A stretch of 64,000 nt of DNA. It comes from a virus. A program made the position numbers and the translations under genes. The notes below the pieces were generated by a model. The model searched no databases, was not told the DNA's origin, and saw only the letters and a program-made list of their open reading frames with translations. Position 1 is the stretch's first letter; every line of letters begins with the position of its first letter. The DNA is taken from IMG/VR virus record IMGVR_UViG_3300023243_000351, one strand, 5' to 3'. Shown piece by piece: positions 38,427-47,947 of the stretch.

Positions 38427-38852
38427 TTATAGTGTTATACGTTGATCAATAAAGTGTATGTTTTTAATAGCACCATGTGGGTAAAATATAGGCAACATAA
38501 ACCTTGCTGTTTCATCTAGTCCTTGTATGATTGGTACTTCTGCAAAGTCATCGTACAACCGCCCAACAGTGTCTTTTCCTTTAGTAAAAACGCTGTGTGC
38601 TTCCACGCCAAAACTAAAATACCAAACAGTGTGCAATCCCCTATACATTTCTCCAAAGATACTATCGCCTGACAGTTCATAACTACTGTCAATCGGACCG
38701 TTGATCTCAAGTGGTTGGGTTCTCAGACTGAGAACTTGGATCAGTGTTTCCCAGTTACGCTGTTGGTTACGCACGTGATCGTTGCCGGTACGACTACGTG
38801 TTACTCCGGTATTAGTTATGTCGACTAGTGTAAATCCCGTATAGTACTGCAT
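38427..38852 (-). CDS. Hypothetical late protein
   Basis: TLVDITNTG, QQRNWETLIQV; TATAAATA 5 nt upstream. Confidence 0.65.
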   Translation of the reverse strand: MQYYTGFTLVDITNTGVTRSRTGNDHVRNQQRNWETLIQVLSLRTQPLEINGPIDSSYELSGDSIFGEMYRGLHTVWYFSFGVEAHSVFTKGKDTVGRLYDDFAEVPIIQGLDETARFMLPIFYPHGAIKNIHFIDQRITL

Positions 38853-38870
38853 ACAGATATTTATAACAGT

Positions 38871-39218
38871 CTAGGATACAGTAAAACTTGTTCCTTCAGT
38901 TACTGTAGTTGTTCCAAGGTTTACCGCACCTTTCGATGTTCCGATGGCCTGTATTTGTTGTTGCAAAGGCACAGCATCCAAGCAACTGTGTGCTTCAACA
39001 CATACATGCACGGTTCCGGTTGCACCAACTGAACTAACTGCTAGTAAACCCGGAATGGCTTGCAGTATTGCTTCATACGCTTCATCAGACCCATCGTCTT
39101 CGAACCGTAGATCAACGCCCGTGTCAATCTTAAAGAAACGTACACTTCCGCCAAAACGGTATAGTGTGTCTGTTGATCCTGCAAATTCGTAGCCCGAACT
39201 TCTTGATATTCCTGCCAT
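38871..39218 (-). CDS. Small structural protein, MAG-family paralog 3
   Basis: MAGISRSSG start with SD; own TAAATA. Confidence 0.65.
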   Translation of the reverse strand: MAGISRSSGYEFAGSTDTLYRFGGSVRFFKIDTGVDLRFEDDGSDEAYEAILQAIPGLLAVSSVGATGTVHVCVEAHSCLDAVPLQQQIQAIGTSKGAVNLGTTTVTEGTSFTVS

Positions 39219-39247
39219 AGTGTATATCTCCACCAATATTTAGCCAC

Positions 39248-39271
39248 AAAAAAAGGTGCCGGAGCACCTTT
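39248..39271 (-). terminator. Intrinsic terminator
   Basis: AAAGGTGC-TCCG-GCACCTTT followed by a T-run on the minus strand. Confidence 0.85.
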
Positions 39272-39294
39272 CTTGTTACTCTTAATTACTATTA

Positions 39295-39639
39295 TTACAA
39301 AGCGATGTAAAAGTCTTTTGCTGTTACAGTTGCTGAAGCTAAGTTAACACTGTCAACAGTACCTAATGCTCTGATTGCCGCTTGTAATGTACCAACTACA
39401 ACTGCGGCACCACCTTCGGTCATGAAAGTCTGTTCTGTGTTTGAGTTACCCAATGTACCAGCGGCAAGAATTGTAGCTGTACCCATGATTGTTTCTAAAA
39501 CTGCTTGTTGTGCGCCTTCTGGTCCAGCTGAACCATTAATTGCGTTAATATAGTCAATTGTAAAAAACTGTGCTTCTTTACCGATTACTTCATATCCTAG
39601 CGTAGTTGCTGTAGGATTTGCTCTTGTTAAACCTGCCAC
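39295..39639 (-). CDS. Small structural protein, MAG-family paralog 2
   Basis: GTG start (MAGLTRANP) after AGGAG; TLQAAIRALGT. Confidence 0.65.
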   Translation of the reverse strand: MAGLTRANPTATTLGYEVIGKEAQFFTIDYINAINGSAGPEGAQQAVLETIMGTATILAAGTLGNSNTEQTFMTEGGAAVVVGTLQAAIRALGTVDSVNLASATVTAKDFYIAL

Positions 39640-39683
39640 TTTAAATCTCCTAAATAGTATATGCAAGTATTTATTAATAAGCC

Positions 39684-39712
39684 AAAAAAAAGCAGACCGA
39701 AGTCTGCTTTTT
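39684..39712. terminator. Intrinsic terminator, possibly bidirectional
   Basis: AAAAAGCAGAC-TTCG-GTCTGCTTTTTTTT on the minus strand (UUCG loop). Confidence 0.9.
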
Positions 39713-39736
39713 GTTTACTGCTGTTAGTTAAGTTAA

Positions 39737-40168
39737 TTAACTAGCTAGTCTAATACCAACTTTACGAACATCCATTGTGGTTGTGGTCATAGGACCGTTA
39801 GCACCAATGTTTGCTGCCAAGTCCGCACGTAATGCAGTCTGCATTGCGAGTGCGCTTTCCCATGAACTACGCTCTAGAACAACACTAACTTGTGAGTTAG
39901 CGACTGTAGCGCCAAGGTCAACCTGATATGCTACCACGGTTGCGTTGTTACTAATTGCGTTCAATACTGTTTCAACAGCACCTGCTGTTCCGTTTGTACC
40001 GCGACGTAATTCGCCTGCGATGTTACCAGCCACAAACTGAATGTTGTATGCGTCAATTGGTGATGCAATACCAGTGTTGATGATTACTGAGTTTGCGTTT
40101 TGAACTAGCGAATCGCCAACGTTAACTACAACTTGACTATCACCGTGTACTTTTGTTAATCCTGCCAT
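39737..40168 (-). CDS. Small structural protein, MAG-family paralog 1
   Basis: MAGLTKVHG; TATAAATA 40209-40216, leader hairpin, SD AGGAG. Confidence 0.7.
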   Translation of the reverse strand: MAGLTKVHGDSQVVVNVGDSLVQNANSVIINTGIASPIDAYNIQFVAGNIAGELRRGTNGTAGAVETVLNAISNNATVVAYQVDLGATVANSQVSVVLERSSWESALAMQTALRADLAANIGANGPMTTTTMDVRKVGIRLAS

Positions 40169-40238
40169 TTTAATTCTCCTAATATTAGTGCGAAATATCG
40201 CATGCTAATATTTATACAGATTTAAAAAAAATTAAGAG

Positions 40239-42086
40239 TTACTTGGCAAAATTTGCGGCGCTGAAGCCGGCGCGATCGACTACTTTAACTAGTCCTTGTG
40301 GGGTGGGGAAAACAAAACCTTCGCCTGCAGGTTTATTGTTTACAAATTGTCCAAATCCTTGGATTTGTGAATCTAACTGATCATGTAGATTTTGTTTGTA
40401 CTGCAATATAGCACTGAATATGGTATTAATTCCGTTGTATCCTGGACTAGCAACGGTCTTACCTTGTGCATCTTTAGCAAATAATAACCCACTATAATCA
40501 TCACCTACTAAATTTTGATATTGTTTGGCACTGGTGTTACTTTCCAACCATGTGTAAAGTGGTTGTTTTGTTTGCCCTGTTACAAATTGATTAAAGTAAC
40601 GTTGTATCTGCTGTATTGTACTTGCAGGTATTTGTGCCAACAATGCATCTACTGCTGTACCATGCTGTTGTATTGTGGCAGTGGCACGTTTAGCTAACTG
40701 TACAGGCTGTTTTAACTCGAAGCGTAGTCCTGCACTTGGTGTTAACACTGCTACACCACCTGGAACATTTTCAAGGCCTTTACCGTCCCATTGAGTACTG
40801 GCACCACCTAGCTCTGAGAACTTTTGATGTACTACTATACCACCTATACTATTACCTACTATTTTTCCTAGATTACTGTTAACCGGTATACGATACTCAA
40901 CGGTATTTGGTTTAAAATTGTATGATCCACCCTGCGGGTCTAACTTACCAGAATATAGCAAGTCTCCCCAATAAAACCCAGGACTCTTCGTAGCCGCATC
41001 CAACCCTGGCCAAATCTGTGCTAGTTTGTCGTATAAGTCACCACGCAACCCGCCCGATGCTTTGGTGCTGTCGTACTGCTTCCACTCATCTACATTCTTG
41101 GCTAGTACGCCTTTGTTCCACATATACTTGTCCATTACTGCAAGTTTACCGTCTGCAGGATCTCTACCAAATATAAGTGCAGGGAACCCGTCCCACTTGA
41201 TAGTTAAATTGTTAGGATTTGCTACTAGTGCATTAAGTCCTGCTAACTGTTGTTTTGCCGCGGCACTGCCTGAGAATATAGCATCCTCTGGATGCGGAGT
41301 ACGACCTTTTGTGTTTTCTGTTAGGCTTTTTACAAAACCAAACTTGCTACTTTCTGCCATGCTGTTGAACCAAGCACCTGTGCCCGGCAGTGGTGCAGAC
41401 TCTGGTAACTGTATATCTGACTTTTCTAATGTTTCTCTTGCTCTGCCAATCAGTTGTTCGTAATTGCTTGACCCTTTAATAGCGGCAACTATATCATCTG
41501 CTGAGCTGAGTTTTGCTACAGGAATGCCAGTTACCTTGCTTAGTGTAGCCGGACTCTTGCCGTTCTCATAAGGTTGGTTGGTATCTCTAAAAACCAATCC
41601 GTTTTTATAACTCCACTTTAGATTAGGCTGTAGTTCAGCAACAATACTGCTTAGTATAATGTGTCTTGCCATACCTGGTAGTACACTGCCTTCACCACTG
41701 CCTGCCATAGCAAAGGATTGCCAGGCTGGGTCATCTGTAAACATCAAATCTGCTTGTGCAAATCCGTTAGCAGAGTTGCCTGCTATAGGTGCTTTAACGT
41801 GTACACTATCACCGGACTTTTTGATGTCTGTTTTAGCAACACCTGCGGCTAATAGTATTTGTACCAGTGTGTCTTTGTCTGTGGTGTTGGCATCTACCTG
41901 TAAGTCAAGGTCACCTGATGTGTCTTTTTTGCCTGTACTTCCCAACCAAGTGTTTGTGGGGAATGGTAGTCCGGAAACTTTTTCAAGCCAGGCTACAGTG
42001 GCAGGAATATCCTCACGTTTGATACGTTGTGTTAAAGGTTGCTTGTCTGCACCTTTAAATATATTTCCGCCTTCGAGTATTATCAT
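40239..42086 (-). CDS. Two-domain protein: Pol-beta-type nucleotidyltransferase plus ligase-like (KxDG) domain
   Basis: LGSTGKKDTSGDLDL (GS..DxD) and QADL; KWDG, GDLL, EGFV, VKVV. Confidence 0.65.
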   Translation of the reverse strand: MIILEGGNIFKGADKQPLTQRIKREDIPATVAWLEKVSGLPFPTNTWLGSTGKKDTSGDLDLQVDANTTDKDTLVQILLAAGVAKTDIKKSGDSVHVKAPIAGNSANGFAQADLMFTDDPAWQSFAMAGSGEGSVLPGMARHIILSSIVAELQPNLKWSYKNGLVFRDTNQPYENGKSPATLSKVTGIPVAKLSSADDIVAAIKGSSNYEQLIGRARETLEKSDIQLPESAPLPGTGAWFNSMAESSKFGFVKSLTENTKGRTPHPEDAIFSGSAAAKQQLAGLNALVANPNNLTIKWDGFPALIFGRDPADGKLAVMDKYMWNKGVLAKNVDEWKQYDSTKASGGLRGDLYDKLAQIWPGLDAATKSPGFYWGDLLYSGKLDPQGGSYNFKPNTVEYRIPVNSNLGKIVGNSIGGIVVHQKFSELGGASTQWDGKGLENVPGGVAVLTPSAGLRFELKQPVQLAKRATATIQQHGTAVDALLAQIPASTIQQIQRYFNQFVTGQTKQPLYTWLESNTSAKQYQNLVGDDYSGLLFAKDAQGKTVASPGYNGINTIFSAILQYKQNLHDQLDSQIQGFGQFVNNKPAGEGFVFPTPQGLVKVVDRAGFSAANFAK

Positions 42087-42718
42087 TTTTGGTAACTGGT
42101 AATTAACTCGTCTAAGCTGCCATTAGGATTGACGTATGCTTTGTAATCGTCACTCCACCATCCTGCAGGTGTAAGGTTAAATCCTACATTCCCTCTGAGT
42201 CCTGTTCCGTCTCGCCCTAGTGCTTCCATCCACTTGGATAACGGCATTGTCACACTGGCACTGTAGTTGCTTACATGTGGCGGAGTTGCTTTGATATAAA
42301 CTTCACTAGGGTCTGTATTAGCAAACTTGTTAGGATCAACATAAACGTCTACGCTATCAATATACTGCCGTTCTGCGTCAGTAATTCTGCCACTTTGTAG
42401 TACACCTTGCTTGACCAAGTAATCAACTTTGCGTTTGATGTTAGCATTAACCTTTTCCATTTCTGTATCAATTGGATCGGATGTTGGGCCAGGTTGCTGT
42501 GTGTCTTGTGGTTGGTCAGGTTGCGGTGTATCTGTGGTTGTATCTGTGGTTGTATCTGTGGTTGTATCTGTGGCTGTATCAGTATCGTCTGCCTCGGGAT
42601 CTGCCGGGGGTGCGATCCCTCTGTAATTGGACCACTTGGTAAAATCCGATCCCGAACCAGCGGCAACTCTATTGCGAATTACGTCCATTATTCCTTCAGT
42701 TATTTCTTTAATCTTCAT
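42083..42718 (-). CDS. Hypothetical protein with low-complexity Asp/Thr linker
   Basis: Start ATG 42718 (MKIKEITE). Confidence 0.6.
   Translation of the reverse strand: MKIKEITEGIMDVIRNRVAAGSGSDFTKWSNYRGIAPPADPEADDTDTATDTTTDTTTDTTTDTPQPDQPQDTQQPGPTSDPIDTEMEKVNANIKRKVDYLVKQGVLQSGRITDAERQYIDSVDVYVDPNKFANTDPSEVYIKATPPHVSNYSASVTMPLSKWMEALGRDGTGLRGNVGFNLTPAGWWSDDYKAYVNPNGSLDELITSYQK
42527..42580. repeat. 12-bp tandem repeat (TGTATCTGTGGT), about 4.5 copies
   Basis: Seen directly; encodes TTDT repeats. Confidence 0.9.
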
Positions 42719-42959
42719 TCTTAAGTCTCCGTATTCCGCGAGTAAACTTACTAGCATCCTGTCCCCGAATACTATTCAATAGTCGGCGTTCTAGTTCCAA
42801 TGCTTTCTCAGGCTCGTAGTTTTCTTTTATATAATTAATTAAATTTATAGCACCTTGTATCACGTGGCCTGCACGACTTTCTATCAAGTTAGCACGATCA
42901 CGTGTAACAGGCATTTCTGCAAGCTCTGACAAGATGCTACGAGTTTTCTTTTGCAACAT
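42708..42959 (-). CDS. Hypothetical protein
   Basis: 83-aa ORF after TAAATA (42977-42982). Confidence 0.6.
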   Translation of the reverse strand: MLQKKTRSILSELAEMPVTRDRANLIESRAGHVIQGAINLINYIKENYEPEKALELERRLLNSIRGQDASKFTRGIRRLKNED

Positions 42960-42999
42960 TTACTCCAAGTTTGTAGTATTTATGTGGGCTACAGTTTAA

Positions 43000-44406
43000 T
43001 TAGCCTGCCTTACTTTTAAGTCCAGCTAACATTTGTTTTAGTTTTGTGCTGTCTACACCAGCATTTATCTTGGCAGATTCTTGTGGCTGACTAATTGTTG
43101 TAACACTGCTGGTGCTTTTTATTTGATCCATGATAGCTGATGGCTTTTGTCCACCAAATCCACCACTTTCACTTTGTCCTTCTTCACCTGGGTCTGTAAT
43201 ACGCAAGCTCTCTAAGTTAAACTCTAGGTCAACTTTTTGTCCTACACCACTACTGCTTCTAGTTTTCATCAACTGTATCTGATACCTACCACGTTCACGC
43301 ATTGCACGACTTGTAAAAATACCAAACACATTATCTGCTGTGTTGATCTTACTGATACCACCCGATATGTGGCTGTGGTCAAATTCAATTTCTTCAACAG
43401 CACTACGATTCAACTGCGATGCTGTAATCATTAATATTTCAAACTCTTTTGCTAGGTTACGCAACTCTTCACTTACATACTTGTCTTTAACAAACAAATC
43501 ACTTGGTGATACTTTAGCACTAACTGGCATAACCAAGTCTAAGTAATCCACCATAATAAAGTCTGCTTTTTTTCCTGTCTGTACTTCTAGTTCTTTTAAG
43601 TATGCTCTAATCTGATTAACATTGCTCTGTGCTGGCATGTACTTGATACGCAAGTTACCTGATTTCTTGCCTACCATACGTATCTTCATTTCGAGTGTGT
43701 CAAGGTCCTTGAATATTTCTTTGGTTGCAACATTAGCAACCATTGCATCCATACGCATAGCACACAGTTCTTCACTAAGTTCCAGTGTTAAAAACACACC
43801 GTTAAGTCCTTGACTTATCCAGTTGATAGCAATGTTCTGCATGAACAAACTTTTACCACTACCACTGCCACCTGCAAAAATGTTTAGCTCGCCTCTGTTC
43901 ATACCACCAAACAAGCGTCTATCCATAGTAGGCCAGCCTGTGCTGACTTGTCCGTTGTTATCCTTGATCTTCATAAGCCTTGCTCTAGGATCTTCGAAGT
44001 AGTCTGTACCCATGTCCTTGGTAAGACTGATCTGCACTGCGTCTTTGATCAGTTTTTCAACTGGATCATACTCGCCATTCTCAATCATGTCCGCGGCTTT
44101 GAGGATAGCACGTTCGAGTTCGTGCCTGCGACTAAAGCCTTCAAACTCTACCATGAACCAATCATAGTGTCCTTCACCAACGTCGGGCACTTCTTTAAGA
44201 TCAACTCCTGTTTGGGCCAGTATCTGTTCCTTTGTGGGCATAGTTTTATATTCACTACTATGCTCCCTTATAAACTTAGCCGCTTCACGCAGACTTCGAT
44301 CAAAGTTCTCTTCATTGAAAATGTTCTGCACACGCACAAATGTTTCTGCGTCCTGCATCATCATTTCTAAAAACAATTTTTGTATTTCTGCTGAATATTC
44401 TTTCAT
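43000..44406 (-). CDS. Replicative helicase, DnaB/T4 gp41-like
   Basis: GGSGSGKS, LELSEE, VDYLDL, TASQLNR, KTR. Confidence 0.93.
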   Translation of the reverse strand: MKEYSAEIQKLFLEMMMQDAETFVRVQNIFNEENFDRSLREAAKFIREHSSEYKTMPTKEQILAQTGVDLKEVPDVGEGHYDWFMVEFEGFSRRHELERAILKAADMIENGEYDPVEKLIKDAVQISLTKDMGTDYFEDPRARLMKIKDNNGQVSTGWPTMDRRLFGGMNRGELNIFAGGSGSGKSLFMQNIAINWISQGLNGVFLTLELSEELCAMRMDAMVANVATKEIFKDLDTLEMKIRMVGKKSGNLRIKYMPAQSNVNQIRAYLKELEVQTGKKADFIMVDYLDLVMPVSAKVSPSDLFVKDKYVSEELRNLAKEFEILMITASQLNRSAVEEIEFDHSHISGGISKINTADNVFGIFTSRAMRERGRYQIQLMKTRSSSGVGQKVDLEFNLESLRITDPGEEGQSESGGFGGQKPSAIMDQIKSTSSVTTISQPQESAKINAGVDSTKLKQMLAGLKSKAG

Positions 44407-44414
44407 ATAGTTAA

Positions 44415-45065
44415 TTATACACTAAAATTTTGAAAATTAATATCTTTATTTCCGTCAAGATAGATTACATTGCTGTTAAGTTCGTTTGTGTCCATACCTA
44501 ATATTGTATCAACGAACACGCCTGTGCTGGTTTGATTTTGGTCAAGTTCCATTGGATTTATTCCGCAAAAACAAGCATCGCCTGTTCTACTAAAGTTCTT
44601 CATTATCAAATAGTTCTGATACTTATTACCAATATAGTCTGCATGGTTAATGTTTGTGTGCTGGTACACAAATGCAGACAACATCCAAGCCACTCTGGAG
44701 TTTTTATTCAATGATACAGTTTTAATTATGTGATATGGTAGTATTACGCTAACAAAATACTGTTGTGTCCAATTCTTTTCTAGTCTCCATGTATCAATTA
44801 CAGGAACTTCTTGATTAAAGTTGTCATAGCTTAATGCTGACCCGTTTTGGTTAAACAGTATAAAGTCGATAGTTGGTAACAATCTCAAGAACTTCTCTAT
44901 AGTGCCTTGATTAACTGTGTTCCAATCGATAATATGTTGATATAGATTATCTTGTTCTGCTAGTTTTGTACTTGATAAACTACACACTGTCCAGCCTTTG
45001 GCTAGTAGTTGCTGTTGTACAGTTAGTCCCCACTTGGACCCACATCCTAATAGTAATGCATTCAT
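44415..45065 (-). CDS. Short-chain dehydrogenase/reductase-like protein
   Basis: GCGSKWG, FNQN, YIGNK. Confidence 0.65.
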   Translation of the reverse strand: MNALLLGCGSKWGLTVQQQLLAKGWTVCSLSSTKLAEQDNLYQHIIDWNTVNQGTIEKFLRLLPTIDFILFNQNGSALSYDNFNQEVPVIDTWRLEKNWTQQYFVSVILPYHIIKTVSLNKNSRVAWMLSAFVYQHTNINHADYIGNKYQNYLIMKNFSRTGDACFCGINPMELDQNQTSTGVFVDTILGMDTNELNSNVIYLDGNKDINFQNFSV

Positions 45066-46192
45066 AGTTCTGTAAAAATATCTCGCCAGTTCGCACTTAT
45101 TTTATCTGCGAACGATTCAAAGAATGGTTCGTAATCTTCTTCTTTTGAATTTTGTAATTCTCCTAAGCAATTATCCAACTGTCCAATTAAGTTTTGATTG
45201 CAAGGAAAATTATTTTTGTGGTTAATTATTTTTTCTGCACACTTGTCTTTAAGATCCTGCGACAAATTACGGCATTGTATGTTTGTGTGTCCCATAGTAA
45301 CCTGATTGATCGTGAAATCAGTTATACCGTATCCGTTATTAAAGAACTGTTGTGTGTCTGTTAAGTAAAGTGCGCTGGCTACAAAAAATACAGAATTGAC
45401 CCTAATGTCGAAATGTGTGCTCTTAAGGAATTGTAGATTGTTTAGGAACTTGTGCCAATTTGCGTCACGCCTGATATATTCAAATCTACTACCTGTTGTG
45501 TCAGCACTTATGGTTATTAACACATTTTTAAACTTTAACAGTTCTGTGATCACAGGATTGTTCTGTTCAAACATCATGTTTGTGTTTACTCTAAAAGTGC
45601 AGTCAATTGACTTGTCCAGTTGTTTCAGCAATCGTACGTTGTGTTTAATAAGTGTAGGCTCGCCACCACTGAGATATATTTCTTTCATGTGATGTTGTCT
45701 ACTTACTATTAAATCAATGATTGTATCAGCCTGTTCATCTGGCGTATGCTGAATTGGTTTACCTTGTTCTTGTGCAATTGCGCTACTTTGTTTAGCCCAA
45801 CATGTAACACACTTCAAGTTGCAAGTACTACTCCAATGCAAATCAATAGCATTCAATTGAAATGCTGTATTGTCAGAATAATCTACATCTACATCTTTAA
45901 ACATAGGATTATATAAGTCACGTAAGAACTTATATCCTGTATCGCTTTCCTGTAGACTACATGTTCTACAGTTATAATTAGGCAATTCTTTATAAGTATT
46001 ATTTCGCACATGCTGTGCAGGCCAATCGTTAACAATGTCTTGGATAGAGTTATTACCTAGACGTCCCAGTTCGTGCTGTCCATTCACACATGTAACAATT
46101 CTGCCATCTACCTCTACCTTAACATGATTCCACGGTACAGCGCAGAAAGTTTTAGATTGCTTAAACAAATAAAATTTCTTTTTGGGATCCAT
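45062..46192 (-). CDS. Radical SAM/SPASM-Twitch protein, paralog of 213-1517
   Basis: FCAVPW, CNLKCVTC, GGEP. Confidence 0.88.
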   Translation of the reverse strand: MDPKKKFYLFKQSKTFCAVPWNHVKVEVDGRIVTCVNGQHELGRLGNNSIQDIVNDWPAQHVRNNTYKELPNYNCRTCSLQESDTGYKFLRDLYNPMFKDVDVDYSDNTAFQLNAIDLHWSSTCNLKCVTCWAKQSSAIAQEQGKPIQHTPDEQADTIIDLIVSRQHHMKEIYLSGGEPTLIKHNVRLLKQLDKSIDCTFRVNTNMMFEQNNPVITELLKFKNVLITISADTTGSRFEYIRRDANWHKFLNNLQFLKSTHFDIRVNSVFFVASALYLTDTQQFFNNGYGITDFTINQVTMGHTNIQCRNLSQDLKDKCAEKIINHKNNFPCNQNLIGQLDNCLGELQNSKEEDYEPFFESFADKISANWRDIFTEL

Positions 46193-47223
46193 TACCTGTA
46201 CAGTCTCTTCTTCTTTAATTCAATTTTCAATCTACTTGTTTCTCTTGCTTCTAGTATGCTTTTTAACACAAACAACTTACCATACTTTACTGTTGCTTCG
46301 TTTAGATCTTTACAAGTCTCTTGCCATACAGGAAAACTCACTGTCCATCCTGCTTCGATTGCACGATCCACTAGCTTTTTTCCTGCACGGTCTGTGTCTG
46401 GTACAACTATTACTTCACGTTGTAGCCTATCAATTAATTCAACTTGTGTGTCACTTGCTTCACTGCCCTGTATGCTAACACCGTTAACGCTCATTGCATC
46501 AAACGGTCCTTCTACCACAACAACAAACTTTGAATCTTTGTATTGCTTGTCTAAATTAAACACATAGTCCGAAGGATGATCACTCCAGTACTTGGGTGTC
46601 ACTGTGTCTTCTAATGCTCTTGCACTGCTTCCTACCAGTTTGCCTTCATGGTAGTACGGTACTATTATTCTACGATTATAATTGTATGCTTTGGTGTCAG
46701 AAAAATAAAACTCATACTTGCTGGTATTGATTGCCCTGTTGGCCAAGTACTGTACGCCTTGTGTAAGATGGGGAGGAATCAAACAGGTATCATCTTCGAT
46801 CATTCTTGTCATCCAGGACGTTAAACTTACTGCGCCAGCGGGCATCTTTCTGGGCTCAAACTTGATTTCTTCTATTTTGGTTTTTTCAAGTTCTTCAGGT
46901 GCTACAAGTTCTTTCAACCTAACAGCACTTATAACCAAATGCCTTATTGTTAAGTCCTCGGCACCCAACCAAGATAACAGTTTTCTAAATTTAAAACCTA
47001 AATGCCAACCTGGTGTGAATCCTGTGGTAAAGCCACAGTTAAAACAATGATAAGATATTCCACCTTTGGAATCGGTTTTGACTCCTCCCCTGCCTTTACG
47101 ATCTGGGGTTTCACCATTGTGTGTACAGCACACTGCGTTAAATGATATCCATCCTGTTTGCTGGCTTTTTCGATTGTCCGCAGGAATTAGTTGCAACAAG
47201 GCTTGCTGAATAGTATCTAACAT
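46192..47223 (-). CDS. DNA primase (T4 gp61/DnaG-like)
   Basis: Zn finger C..H...CFNC; TOPRIM VEGPFD, DTD, KDLNE. Confidence 0.9.
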   Translation of the reverse strand: MLDTIQQALLQLIPADNRKSQQTGWISFNAVCCTHNGETPDRKGRGGVKTDSKGGISYHCFNCGFTTGFTPGWHLGFKFRKLLSWLGAEDLTIRHLVISAVRLKELVAPEELEKTKIEEIKFEPRKMPAGAVSLTSWMTRMIEDDTCLIPPHLTQGVQYLANRAINTSKYEFYFSDTKAYNYNRRIIVPYYHEGKLVGSSARALEDTVTPKYWSDHPSDYVFNLDKQYKDSKFVVVVEGPFDAMSVNGVSIQGSEASDTQVELIDRLQREVIVVPDTDRAGKKLVDRAIEAGWTVSFPVWQETCKDLNEATVKYGKLFVLKSILEARETSRLKIELKKKRLYR

Positions 47224-47240
47224 TCAGTTATTATACAGGA

Positions 47241-47942
47241 TTATCGTACAGTTGCCAAGCCCAATAGGCTAAAAATCTTGATGTACATCCACCCAATATC
47301 AAACTCAAACATTCGTGCGCTAAGTTTAGCACTGGCTGGGTTTTGATGGTGATTGTTGTGTAGCTCTTCGCCGCCAATTAATATACCCCATGGAACAATG
47401 TTGTTGCTTTGATCTTTAGTATCAAAGTTACGATAGCCATAGTAGTGACCTAGTCCATTGATTACACCAGCGGCCCAGAACGGAATCCATATCATTTGGA
47501 TCGCCCATACTGCCAATCCCCATGGTCCAAACAAAGCAAGGTCGATAGCTAGCATCAAAAGAATACCTATACGACTGTGTTTGGTATATACCCTGCGTTC
47601 CACCCAATCGTCAGGTGTGCCTGCGCCATATGCTTCAACCATGGCAAAGTTTTTGCTGGCTTGATGATAGAGTCGCGCACCATCAAACAATACTTTGTGC
47701 AATCCGCATATTACAGGGCTGTGCGGATCGCCTTCTATGTCTGTGTGCCTGTGATGTTTACGGTGTACTGCTACCCACTGCTTAGTGACCATGCCTGTGG
47801 TTAGCCAGAGCCAAAACCGCATCATATGACTTACTACAGGATGAAAGGTTACTGATTTATGTGCTTGACTGCGGTGTAAAAACAAGGTTACGCAGGCAAT
47901 GGTAATATGTGTTACCACAAGTGTAAAGATTAATTCTGTCAT
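47241..47942 (-). CDS. Membrane fatty-acid (delta-9-type) desaturase
   Basis: His boxes HRSQAH, HRKHH, HNNHH; EFDIGW. Confidence 0.92.
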   Translation of the reverse strand: MTELIFTLVVTHITIACVTLFLHRSQAHKSVTFHPVVSHMMRFWLWLTTGMVTKQWVAVHRKHHRHTDIEGDPHSPVICGLHKVLFDGARLYHQASKNFAMVEAYGAGTPDDWVERRVYTKHSRIGILLMLAIDLALFGPWGLAVWAIQMIWIPFWAAGVINGLGHYYGYRNFDTKDQSNNIVPWGILIGGEELHNNHHQNPASAKLSARMFEFDIGWMYIKIFSLLGLATVR

Positions 47943-47947
47943 ATTGT

